Positions 1-12,950 of a stretch of DNA of 64,000 nucleotides are shown here, in pieces (the stretch's first letter is position 1; every line of letters starts with the position of its first letter). Under the pieces are notes generated by a model. That model saw nothing but the letters and a program-made list of their open reading frames with translations. It was not told where the DNA came from and searched no databases. Position numbers and translations under genes: made by a program. Source of the DNA: Auanema rhodensis (lineage: Eukaryota > Animalia > Nematoda); the NCBI GenBank assembly GCA_964057225.1, contig OZ059895.1:16492001-16556000 (forward strand). The letters run 5' to 3'.

Positions 1-1700
1 TTGCTGTACCAGTTCAGCATATGAACAGGACCCGGAAAGAAGGAAAAGCATTTGAAGCATGTGTATGTCTATATGTTAGTGCGTAAGCTAGTAGACTAAG
101 TAACTTCATTTTGAATGAAAAACGAAAGATTTACTGAACGAAATACATGCAGCCTTCCATAGCTTACAAGTTGTCATTCATTGATGTATACGGTAAGAGC
201 TGATGTCGTTACGACGACGATGAACATTCCCGGAAATGAATTAGGAATTGTTCCAAGACGGAAAGGATTTTACTTGGCAGCGAATAGATGTTCAAAAGCA
301 GTGGTGAAGCATTAGGGGTTAACTATCAGTCTCAACTTCGTGTGTCTCTATTTCATGTTGCTCAACTAATCTCTCAGTTCGAACACACACAAACCTTCAA
401 GCTTTTTCCGAAATAAGAGCTTAAAGTCTCTTTTGACTATTATTACTCTCTCAAGATCTATTAGTCTATACTATATGTATAGAGAAGCAACAAGAAGATG
501 ACAATCAACTTCTCGATCCTAAATGAATCATCATGGCTTTACTAGACATAGTTGACCTAAGTTGGATTATTTAAATCGTTTTTTTCGTGTCCGACGCTTT
601 TGGAGCATTCATTTTCTGCCATCCTGGATTTTCAGCCAATGCTTTGTATGAAAGTCGTTCACAAACTTCTAACATACACACAAATATCGTACTATTTTGC
701 ATCTTAAAAACAAAGAAAAAGACAACAGATGATATGCTTGAACTTCATTTCTTACTACTCAACTCCTATATTAACTCAAATTATAGCCATACATGTATTC
801 AATGGAATGATCAACATCATATTACAGCATGACAACCTTAACAGTATCTTAATCAGTTGATTAATCTATAATCAACTCTGATTAATGTACTTGATGAACT
901 TGAATCAAGTTATCTATCAAATGTGTATATCTATCAGATTTCAAGTGTTTTGACCATCATGATCATAATCTACTTCTCACCTGTGCAGCATGTTGCAACT
1001 CTAAATCTATGCGGGAAAGCATGATGATGGATGACAACGTAACTTTCAGCGAAATTCTGCTACAACATGGTAATGAAGATGAAGAGATTAGAATTTCATG
1101 AATGAAATCATCAGGTAAAATAACGCTGGTAATGAATCAATCAGCTCATGTCACCATTACAGGTGATACATAGCACCTGATTTGATAGTCATAATCGTGT
1201 TCAATCTCGAACAAAAAAACCTCTTAAGATTGTAATCAGTGAAGGACATGTATAGTGACTCTGTCTACAATACATGAATCTTCTGGTGTTAGATGTTGAT
1301 TTAACTTCGTTGTAGCTATTAAAGATCATTATCTAACTGTGCTACCTACACAGCTGTAATCAACTGTGTACTCCAGCCAATCCACAGTTTCTAATACACT
1401 GCTTTAAGACTAAAGATATGAAATCCTTTAAGAAATAATGATTAAAGCAATTGCGGATGTAAAAGATTGCTATCAGAAGACATAGAACATGACTGGCATC
1501 CTCTGATGTTTCAATGAATTCACTCTCTTTCCTCTTAACTTCGTTCTTTCTTCCAAAACTCTCTTCATACATCACCAACACTAGCCCAGTATGTTTCCTT
1601 CAAAAGCCATTTTCTTACACAATTTGTACAAATTGGTTACAAGAATCTGAAGATGAAGATCTAAGATGACGATAAGAACGAGCGACAAGTGGAGGCCGAC
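1..1700 (+). other. Decayed intronless coding-like sequence of unknown origin (possible mobile-element or viral remnant)
   Basis: Complex, non-microsatellite sequence. Protein-like reading frames persist over hundreds of nt but are broken by scattered stops (e.g. IKCVYLSDFKCFDHHDHNLLLTCAACCNSKSMRESMMMDDNVTFSEILLQHGNEDEEIRIS* from ~916). No family recognised. Confidence 0.25.
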
Positions 1701-4129
1701 AGCAGCAGCCGCCTCAGCAGCCGTGATCTATATACGTGCCACAGCATATTATGAGCAAATTTAACGATATATGGCTAGGTGAGGGACTGACAAAATAGCA
1801 AAAAAAATACAAAAAATAGCATAAATAGCATAAATAGTATAAATAATAATTCATATAGTATAGTAAACAAGATTGATGATGTTTATAGAGTTTAAGTACG
1901 TAGTGCTTGTAACAATTGTAAAAATACAATATTAGAAAAGCAATTTGATAAAGATTTGTTATAAAAGATTTATATTTGTTTTAACAAACGATAATAGCTG
2001 TCTATGTAATATATATATATGATGTTTTATATGATATAGTATATATATATATATACATATATGATATAGAATATTTTATATTATAAAACAAAATACATTA
2101 ATTGTCTCTTATATGTGTGTGTGTGCCTTGTGTCTTTCAAAAATATTCCTTATCTTTATGACAGCATTTATATTATATTCTTAACATATATATATATATA
2201 AATTTATTTATATAAGAGAATAATCAATAGTTTTTTTAATTATATCATATAGTTAGCTAGAAAACTATAACTTTGAATTTTCAAGTTTTAATTTACTATG
2301 AATATCATTTTTATTTCATAAACGCTGTCTCATTCTTGTTTCTAATTTAATCTTAATTATATAATTAAGAATTACAATATTACTATGTGCTCTAGTTTGA
2401 GTGTGTTTTGAGACTTTCGATGTTCTTCCTCGTCTTCCTCTGAATCGTTTTTATCATTTGTAGCATGTAGTTTAACCATAAACTGATTCAAACACATCAA
2501 ATCAACAATAGTTTTGATGTTTTAAAAGCTTTTTTTGTAGAAAAATTTCAGAAATATCTATATATGTGTATTTTTATTATGTAAAACATCTTTTTCTTTC
2601 TTTTTATCTCTATAACATACAAGAGATACGAAGTGAACGAGGAAGGAGGGGGTGAGCTACATAGAGAAGAGATTAGTTTTTTTTTTAATTTTCCATATTA
2701 TTTCTCTAATCAATGACCATGAACAACTTTTTTCACTCTTGTGTTTAAATATTTTATGACTAAAAATGATGTTATGATTCTCTTTCATCATCTGATAGTA
2801 CTAAAAGATAGACCCAATAAGAGAGAGAGAAGTTAGGGGAACTCATAGAATAATCTTCGATTGATAATACAATATCTTGACTCTTTAAGATTTCATTCAA
2901 ATTTCAAGTTATTTATGGTAATATAGTTGAGAAACTTGTTTATAACCTTAATGCTATATGCACATAGTATATAATCTGTTCGTTAAGTTTCATATAAGAA
3001 CATGAACAACTCAGCATGAATCAGCTAATCTCAACCAAAGTATTTTGAAGATTCATAAGAAATGGATTTGCATATTTTTCAGTTATTTATATGGAGAATT
3101 CTTTGAATATTTCAAGATTATATATACATCTTTTCGTTCTTAAAGGCATCTTCACATTCATATAGTTAAGCAGATTATATAGAAAGTCAGGGTTGAGGAC
3201 AACCTTTCTTACCTCTCTTAGCCGTTTAAGTAGAACGGATTAGTAGTTCTTTCATCATCTTCGTCTTCTTTTTTTGTACTTTATCTTGAAACTTATTGTG
3301 TATATATACATATATGTTTAATAACAATCTAACTATACGAGAGGGACCCAATTCTTATAGTTTAAAACGAATTTTTTGGGAACTCCGCTTCAGGGGTCAA
3401 AGTATACGACGACTGGTTCTTAAGATTCATTACCTTATTCGTTTGTTTCTAATTCCGCGATTAGAAAACACATTTTGACGTTCAAAACCAAAGAATGAAC
3501 TTCGAATAAGCTTTTACTTTCTTCTTTTGATAAACAGATTGTTATATTTCTGTTGTATTGTGCTCTATGGTATCAAAGCATCATTTAACACAGCAACTTA
3601 TGATTAGTGACGTAATATTACATATAGATAACTCATGTTAACTATTTATTATTTAAAAGTCTGTTTTTTCAAATGAAATTACTTTGGAGCTTTATGATTG
3701 ATAGATTGAAGATTTATGATATTGTATAATAAGGTTAAATCTATCAGAAAAATGACGACAACAACTATAAACTGAGATGAGACAGATGACATTTGCTCTT
3801 CCGGGTCTGTTAATAGCAGAAGGCAACAGTAGAGTTAGAAGATGAAGATGATGAAGAAGAAGAAGAAGAAGAAGAGGTAATAGTAGTAGAAGTAGTAGTG
3901 TGATTATGATTGATCACTTGTCATATATCGACACTTTTCAATTGTAAAATTTATTTAATTTGCTATATGTAATCTGAAACAAGCTTTTCCTAAACATATA
4001 TATGATGATGTATGTTTTAAGTGATTTAAATTAACATTAACTATAATTAAAATTGAAGAATTGCCTCTTTAACTCTTTTTATAATTATATATTATATAAT
4101 TTCAATCATTGAGAGCACGAGGTACTAAG

Positions 4130-5460
4130 GTATAATACATGATAATACATTATAATTAAGATCATATGTAATACTTAATTATAAATATATATTTATAGTT
4201 AGCTATGTGTGAGTTATAATTTCAAAATGATGAACTTTGATGTAAGTATCAACTGAGAAAAACTGATTCATGCTCACGGTACACGAACATATGATTCTTC
4301 TAAATAGCATAATGGGAGAAGTAATACGGTAATGAGATGATGAAGATATCATATTGCTATCTGAATTGACTGTTGATTATGTAAGAGCTGAATCTGGTGT
4401 AAACAGCATTTTATGCTTCTCATCATCATCATCATCATCATCGTCGTCGTCATTATCGTCATCACAGCTGTTTGTTTTTCTAATGACCTATTGACCTTTG
4501 AGCTTCATATAAGCCAGCTGGTATTGCTGACTTCAGTAGCAGATATCGCCTTAACTTCTATTAGAAGCCTAAGAGTATGAAGTATCATACGGAATGTAAC
4601 TGATATCAAATTATATAATAGCAAATATAGTCGATTATATGTTTGCATAAGATGATTTTGCTTCAATTTCAATAGCATTTTACCATCTGGATTACGGGAG
4701 AAGAAATCAGATGTGTGATATTTCAGATAAAACTTGGCAGAATTTATACTAAAACTAGCAGATAAAACTTAATTAGAAGGAGAAATATTTCTTATTCCGG
4801 AAATATGGCTGTGATTTAGATAGTACACTCCATAATATTAAGACCATAATTATATAGATATAGATGTTTTAAGTAGATTAAACTTTCTGAAGTGAGCTCT
4901 TTACACCTGGCATGATGTTGGATTTGATGATCTCATAACCATCAGGAAGTTGATGATCTAGCATCACGACTCTTCGGTTCCTTTATACACTAAATGCAAT
5001 TCATGACGTAATACTAGCCATCTGTATTGACTTCCTTCTCAACTCACATCATCTTGATTACTGTATGATCAAAGGAAAGGTTCCGACAAAATGCAACCTA
5101 TCCTCTACATGACGTCATGATTGACTGTAAATATCTTAAGTGGAGTGGTGGTTAAGTGAGAGAAAATGAAACAGTTAGTATAATATTCTTCATGATAGCC
5201 TAAAATCAAATGTCATATTGCCATATGTTTCTGAGCTTAGATATGATCAGATCGTATTGCAACACTTATTCAAGCTGTAAGCAGGTGAATCATTAAGCTA
5301 AAAACCTGTCAACAGTCGCTACAACCTCATGCTCTGAAAGTTGATCATTTTTCTAGCACTTGATCAGCTTACAGTTAACAGAAATCCTGACAGATGTTGG
5401 TTATTTTCATTTCATCTTCATTTAATGACGAAATGATATGTTGACTTAACATACTATGGT
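4130..5460 (-). other. Second block of decayed coding-like sequence
   Basis: Minus-strand protein-like frames interrupted by stops and frameshifts (RNRRVVMLDHQLPDGYEIIKSNIMPGVKSSLQKV*; VIRKTNSCDDDNDDDDDDDDDDEKHKMLFTPDSALT*). No clear splice pattern and no family recognised. Confidence 0.25.
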
Positions 5461-5804
5461 TCTAGCAGAAAGACGGGGGATGGGAAGTTAATTTACAAAA
5501 ATATTTCCTTTTTTTATGTTGTTTTCTATTATTTTTTTTTAATATGAAAAGTTGTTGATATTGATATTATATTGTTGAATTTAAATTGTATATAATTACC
5601 AGAATAATATAATGAGCTTTATTGTTTTTCGAATTCATTGAAAGAGAACGGATTGTAAACATCACTTTTTGCATTCTAAATCATTAGAGAAAGTTAAAAC
5701 TTCCTGAAGAAAAGCATATGCATAACAGGTAGTTGAAATCATCTTTGAATCAAATGATATAGATGATTATCCAAAAAGATATTCAGATAGTGAAGAAGCT
5801 GTTA

Positions 5805-7292
5805 TTATGTTTCAGCCTGAGGCACAATACGACTCGAATTATTTGAAGGCTGTATCGATGATGCTTGATTAGTCTGCAGTTGCCTGCTTGACCATGTGGT
5901 AGTTGTTTTAGCACCTATATGTGAAATTATACTTTTACTATTGAGAGCTGAAAACTTGCTTGTCGAAATGAATAAATCAGGTGAATATTTGAGAAACATT
6001 TTGAGAATTCCATGTCGTATAGATCTATTGAGGATCAGGTATATATAAGGTGGAAGACCTGAATAAATTAAAAGTTAAAAAGATTAAAACAATATATACT
6101 TGTGGCTAGTTGATAAAATACTCCAGCAAGTTTTTGGAAACTAATAGGACATTCAAATAAAGAATTTAAAAGATATGCCACAGCTGCTATATTGCATAGA
6201 CTAACTATAGCTAGACATTGGAAGAAAAGCTGAAACACTGTATATGTATAATTAGAAAATATCATACGACATACAGTTGCTTGACGGCTTCTATCTATTG
6301 CGGATCCGAAGTTTTGTTGAAGCTTTTTAGATATGTTAAAGCATAGACAAATACTCAAAACACTATTCAGAGACACGACAATAGTATCATTGAATAGCAT
6401 CACTGGACTGAAGTACTATAGATTCAAATAATAATTTAATTTCAATTTTAAGTAATGAAACTAACTAGTGATGAAGCATTTTCATATATTAAAGGATCCC
6501 ACATAGCTAAACTGATTTTTGGGTTAAAAATTAAAGATGGCTCACGCATGAAATTGTAAAACCCTGCTATTACTGGCAAAATTAATACAAAAGGAGTGTA
6601 CTTGCCATTGAAAATATTTATTAATAACTTATTTCTAAAATTATTTATCAAGATAAATGAAATATGAATTAATACTTACTCAGTAGACTTTATTTCAACC
6701 AAACGATTGATTATAAGAATTGAGGATAGTAGAGAACCTGTATTCCAGGCACCTATAACGTAAAACGAAAAATGTTTCATTAAATCATCAGCTTATATTA
6801 GATATTATTACGAACTTGTACCAGTTGAACCAGCGATGTATATAACATTTGGAAACTCACAAAACGTCGTACCCATATAAGCGATAAAGCCTTTAAAAAA
6901 ATTCAAAATAATGAAATTTAGCATAAAACCTCTACCGAACACAATACTATTCACAACAATTCCAATCATATCACAAATAGATATGGCAACCATAATCTTA
7001 TATGCCGGATATGAAAAGTTGGCTGGTTCTAACATGACTTTCACGCAAAGGATGAAGAAAATCTTCGAGATTAAAATAGAAAAGTTTCAAGAAGATTCAA
7101 CTTACTTCGTTTACGATTCCCAACGTCATACAACCTATGCCAGCAACAGGGTTAGGTTCAGCCAAAGATTTTTCAATTAGTTCCGGGGTACGAGCACTTA
7201 AAAATACTTTAGTGAGATATAGACATGATCACAAACCTGCAGTTATAAAGAGGATCATTTACAATATTTCCATAACGAAGTATACGATCCAT
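5805..7292 (-). CDS. Srt-family serpentine chemoreceptor (7TM GPCR), copy 1, ~10 exons
   Basis: ATG at 7292 (MDRILRYGNIVNDPLYNCSARTPE). Srt hallmarks LYNCS, AYKIM..I.ICD, G..FC..P..IYIAG, LIINR, WDPLIY, LFFQC...SLCN, LPPYIYLILNRSIR. Short introns keep the frame; TAA at 5805. Confidence 0.92.
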
Positions 7293-7794
7293 TATCAGCA
7301 CCAATAAGAAATCTGATTTTGTTTGATAAATAAGCGATGAAATGAGAAATGCTTAAAAAGTTCGCAAATTGAACAGAATTTTATTTCAGTTGATTAAGAA
7401 AAATTCTATACAATATAATATCAAAATGTATATATACCTGCAAACTATTCCAATTCAGTAGAAATTCAGGCACAAACAGGCAAATTGTTGAATAATTCTC
7501 ATTATTCAATAATACGACTGTACTATAATGTATTTCGTATTAATTCTTAATTTAGGTTAATATTGAGAGTACCTTACATTCCAATAATAGAGCAGCTGTC
7601 ATAAATTATTCATATCACTTTTAGTTTGGTGTAGCGATAATTAAAGCAGATAATTCAATATAAAAAATTATCTCATATATCGAATGTGGAATTCGCAAGG
7701 GAAATTAAAAGAGTTTCAATAACAAGAATCAATTCATGCAGCCCCAATTCTTAAGCAACAGATACTAATATTTAAATAAATTTTGGAAGTAGCA

Positions 7795-9292
7795 CTACGT
7801 TGTATGAATATGCTCAAGGTGATTTTGGGAGATAGAATAGATTTTCGAACTATTCAAAATACTTTTTCGATGATTACTTGTTGCTGTTGCCATAGTTTTG
7901 GAAGCTAAATAGAATATTTTGTTATTTAATAAACTTAATTAACCAATTGATAGAAGCAGGTATGGTCTGTATTTCACAAATATTCTGATGATTCCCTGGC
8001 GAATTGATCGGTTCAGCAGAAGGTAGATATAAGGTGGCAGATCTAAAATGATCTAAGACTAGCAGATGAGAGTGAAAAATACTTGTAGATAGTTGATAAA
8101 GGATCCCAGCCATTTTTTCGTAAAGTTTTGGACATTTGAAGAAATATGTTGGAAGATAAAACAAACAGCCACCATTGCATAGACTAACCATGGCTAAGCA
8201 TTGAAAAAGGAGCTGAAAATAAGTTTTGTAATCTGGAAAACATAGAACACACACCGAAGCTTGACGCCGTCTATCTATCACGGATCCGAAGTTTTCTTGA
8301 AGGTTTTTAGATATGTTAAAGCATAGACAAATACTCAAAACACTATTCAATGAAACAATAGCAGTGTTATTGAATATCAGCATTGGGCTTAAATACTGAA
8401 TAAAGAAGATTATTGCGAATGTTCTTCCTAAACAAAACCAACCAGTGATGAAGAATTTTCGTAAATTAGTGGATCCAAAAACGTTAAACCATTCTTTGGA
8501 TGAAGAATTACAGCTGGTTCGAAAATGAAATAGTACAATCCACACGATACGATAGTGAGAATGGTAAGCACTGTATATTTGCTATTAAAGATATTAACCA
8601 AAATCTTATTTCTGAAGAGTTGCAATGAGAAAAGAAGTCAATATGAAGTTATACCTCGCAGAATTGATTTCAACTAATCTATTGATTATCAGAACAGTAG
8701 ATAGCAGTGTACCAGTTATCCAGGCACCTGAAAATAACCTTAATTGTTTCTCAACTCCAATGACCAAATCATTACTTGCTGCAACACAGCCAACTACATA
8801 AATGATGTTGGGAGAATCACAAAAATCTGCTCCAAAATAAGACATAATGCCTCAAGAGAATAAAAACTGTTGAGAGAAAACAAAAAATTCATACCGAAAA
8901 GAACAAAATTCAAGGCTGTACCACATAAATCACAAACAGCTATACCAATCATAATTTTATAAGCTGGGTATACAAAGTTCGAAGGTTCTAACATTACTTT
9001 CACACATAGTAAGTAAAGAATCTAAATAAAACTTGGCATTGATGCTCTAGGATTCGACTTACTAGATTGATAACACCGAAAATAAAACAGAAAATGCCAT
9101 ATACAGGAGCTGGTTCAATCACAACATTTGCAATGCTTTCAGGAGTTCGGGCACTTAAAACAGAAATGTAAATTCAACTAAAAACATCAATGTTAATTCA
9201 AAATAAAGAAAATGAAAAGGAAAACATAAAGACTACCTGCAGTTGTACAGAGGATCATTGATGATATTTCCATATCTGATTAGACGCTCCAT
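7795..9292 (-). CDS. Srt-family serpentine chemoreceptor, copy 2
   Basis: ATG at 9292 (MERLIRYGNIINDPLYNCSARTPE). Same exon structure and Srt motifs as copy 1. Last exon follows a 39-nt intron and ends in TAG at 7795. Confidence 0.9.
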
Positions 9293-9789
9293 GCCAGATA
9301 TACTGTTGATGTAGTTCAGATTTTAAAAATTTCAAAAGAAATCACTTTATAACTCATCTAAGAAAAAGTTCGTTTTGCTTTCTTCGTCAAATTAAGCGTA
9401 TTGAACATGTGTTCTGCAGAGTGCACTTCATTAAGAATGAAAGCTTCAGATCCTTTTCAAAGAACATAGAATATACGTTTCCATTATTATCAGATAATGA
9501 GAAATTTTTATTATTTACAATTAGCTACTATTTGCAAACACGAGGAAAATGTTAGCAGAAGCATCCGTTTTGAACTTTAATTGAAGTAAGTAATTGCAAA
9601 AGCGATTTATCGAAGTTGGAATTCATAAGTGTAAGTATTTTGATATTCGTAAGCAGATTTCACGTCACGTAGTTCACTTCACTAGTAACGGATGAAATAT
9701 GCTAATTACCAAAAAAATGAATTACTATTCAAATCAACACTCCGTTGCTGACTATGATACAATTCATAATCAAAATTAAGATTTGAATA

Positions 9790-10100
9790 GCATTTGAGAA
9801 AACTGCCACAGAATGTTCATGCAAGAACCAGAATTAATGTCAGATAAGTTGATGTAAAGACACTCATAATGAAGCTTGATAAATTCATTGAAACGGAAGA
9901 CGTAAAAGCAGAAATAAACTACATAAATCTAATAACGGGTATAACAATTATAATTGCAAACGCAAGTTGTCAAGTTCTAAAATTACAAGGGATCTTCTAA
10001 AGCAGTAGATAATTGTAATATCTCATACAACGGGAACATCAGATGAGTGAAGTAAGATTACGATTAAAAATGTAAAGTACGTTATGCCCCGAATAAATTA
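9790..10100 (+). mobile_element. Possible decayed BEL/Pao-type LTR retrotransposon gag fragment
   Basis: Stop-interrupted frame HLRKLPQNVHARTRINVR*VDVKTLIMKLDKFIETEDVKAE resembles, from memory only, the KLP...L..FI..EE segment of BEL/Pao Gag. No LTR seen. Confidence 0.2.
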
Positions 10101-10788
10101 TATTTTTTTTCCAAATGCTTGAAACTTTTCTGGACATTTCTTTTGGAATAACTAATTTAATACAATGAGTGTTTCGCAATTGCAAAGTGGATAATTAGCA
10201 AATATCATACATAACTATGTTTTTAATTTTTTTTTTGTTTTTAAAAAATATTTATATTTCATTAGCTTAATGTTTAATGGAGATGTTCCATATTATATAT
10301 TGCTTATTATTATATTGTATAGTTATTTAATTATTTATCATGGTTTAATTGATTTCTTACCAATGTTCAAGCAGATTCTATTATTTTTAAACACGATGAT
10401 AACGTTATTGGTATACAAATCTTGCCTCATCCATATTTATATTTAATCTACCTATGTCGTAATATTATATAAATAACTTTATAGCAGAAACATATTTACA
10501 AGAATAACCGGAATAATTTTGCTCATTTCTTTAAATTATTACAAAATTTTTACTTCACCTGTAATACTACTGGAATAACAAAGTATGAGCCCCTCACATT
10601 GTATTTTTTCACTTGTTCTACTTTTTTATAGCATTAACCTAAGAATAATTTTGAACTGAACTTATTATTTTTCCGAAATTCTAAATAATCAACGTCATAC
10701 AACGAGTACATCATTATATAGCTTACAAGTGGTTACAATTGAATATGATATCTATTTAAGGTTGTTCTTGAGATGCAATAGTAGGCTT

Positions 10789-12256
10789 TCAAGCGATTGT
10801 AGCGATTTTCGAACCATTGAAAACACTTTTTGGATGATTACTTGTTGCTGTTGCCATAGTTTTTGAATCTAAATAGAATATTTTGTTATTTGATAAACTT
10901 AATTAACCAATTGATAGAAGCAGGTATGGTCGGTATTTCACAAACATTCTTATGATTCCCTGGCGAATTGATCGGTTCAGCAGAAGGTAGATATAAGGTG
11001 GCAGATCTAGAAGAAATGCTTAAATAGAGAAAAAAAAGAGCTTATACTTGTACATAGTAGATAAAGGATCCCAGCCATTTTTTCGTAAAGTTTTGGACAT
11101 TTGAAAAAGAAAGTTGGAAGATAAAACAAACAGCCAGCATTGCATAGACTAACCATGGCTAAGCATTGAAAAAGGAGCTGAAAATAAGTTTTGTAATCTG
11201 GAAAACTTAGAACACACACCGAAGCTTGACGCCGTCTATCTATCACGGATCCGAAGTTTTCTTGAAGGTTTTTAGATATGTTAAAGCATAGACAAATACT
11301 CAAAACACTATTCAATGAAACAATAGCAGTGTTATTGAATATCAGCATTGGGCTTAAATACTGAATAAAGAAGATTATTGCGAATGTTCTTCCTAAACAA
11401 AACCAACCAGTGATGAAGAATTTTCGTAAATTAGTGGATCCATAATAGCTAAACCATTTTTAACATCAGGTATTTCAGATGGTTCGAAAATGAAATAGTA
11501 CAATCCACACGATACGATAGTGAGAATGGTAAGCACTGTATATTTGCTATTAAAGATATTAACCAAAATCTTATTTCTGAAGAGTTGCAATGAGAAAAGA
11601 AGTCAATATGAAGTTATACCTCGCAGAGTTGATTTCAACTAATCTATTGATTATCAGAACAGTAGATAGCAGTGTACCAGTTATCCAAACACCTAAAAGT
11701 AACCTTAATTGTTTCTCAACTCCGATGACCAAATCATTACTTGTTCCGATGGCTCCAGCCACATAAATAACGTTCGGAGAATCACAGAAATGTGCTCCAA
11801 AATAATACATAATGCCTTAAGGAAGTAAAAGCTGTTAAGAAGGAAAAAAACTCTTCACCGAATAAGATGCCAGTATAAGCTGCACCATATATATCACAAA
11901 CAGCTATACCAATCATAATTTTATAAGCTGGGTATACAAAGTTGGAAGGTTCTAACATTACTTTCACACATAGTAAGTAAAGAATCTAAATAAAACTTGG
12001 CATTGATGCTTTAGGATTCGACTTACTGGATTGATAACACCCAAAATAAAACAGAAAATGCCATATACAGGAGCTGGTTCAATCACAACATTTGCAATGC
12101 TTTCAGGAGTTCGGGCACTTAAAACAGAAATGTAAATTCAACTAAAAACATCAATGTTAATTCAAAATAAAGAAAATGAAAAGGAAAACATAAAGACTAC
12201 CTGCAGTTGTACAGAGGATCATTGATGATATTTCCATATCTGATTAGACGCTCCAT
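10789..12256 (-). CDS. Srt-family serpentine chemoreceptor, copy 3 (recent duplicate of copy 2)
   Basis: ATG at 12256, TGA at 10789. Near-identical to copy 2 including most introns and ~150 nt of upstream sequence. Confidence 0.9.
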
Positions 12257-12950
12257 GCCAGATATACTGTTGATGTAGTTCAGATTTTAAAATTTTCACA
12301 AGAAATCACTTTATAACTCTTCTAAGAAAAAGTTGGTTTTGCTTTCTTTGTCAAATTATGCGTTTTGAGCATGTGCTGTGCAGAGTGCACTTCATTAAGA
12401 AAAAGATCTTGAGATACTCTTCAACAAAAATAAAATATACTAACCTTTTTGATACTAAAAATCATTAAGTACTAGAAGGTATTAAAAAATCAAAATTTTG
12501 ATTAAGCAGATAGTTCTATAACCAATTATTTGGTTCATTTAGGCTTCTGTCAGAAAAAATAAATTGGGAACAATATAGGCTGACTTCATGTTTTTATCAG
12601 TTCTTATTGAACAACACTTCTAGAACCAAGAAGAAGTGTAGGCACATGAACGTTAACACACGCCCGAAATTGTATTTACTAGTGAAAAGTGATAAAGGCA
12701 AAATGCCACAACTATTTTCAAGTATAGAAAGAATGTTAATAAGGTAAGAACAAAGCAACGATTTGCGGATCACACGCATAAGACATAATATTATTTTATA
12801 TCGTAGATGATGAATTTTACCATTTGATATGACTAGCACATTCAAAAAGTAGCAAATAAAATAAGTCATAATATTCTTCACTGTTATCCAGTATTATTTT
12901 CGGCCAAAGAGTTTTTCTGTGAAAATTATTTTAGAAAGAAGGCAAACCAC

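Noticed and set aside
7922-8545. 207-aa ORF as an independent gene
   Set aside because: It is read-through across introns and exons of srt copy 2, partly in the wrong frame.
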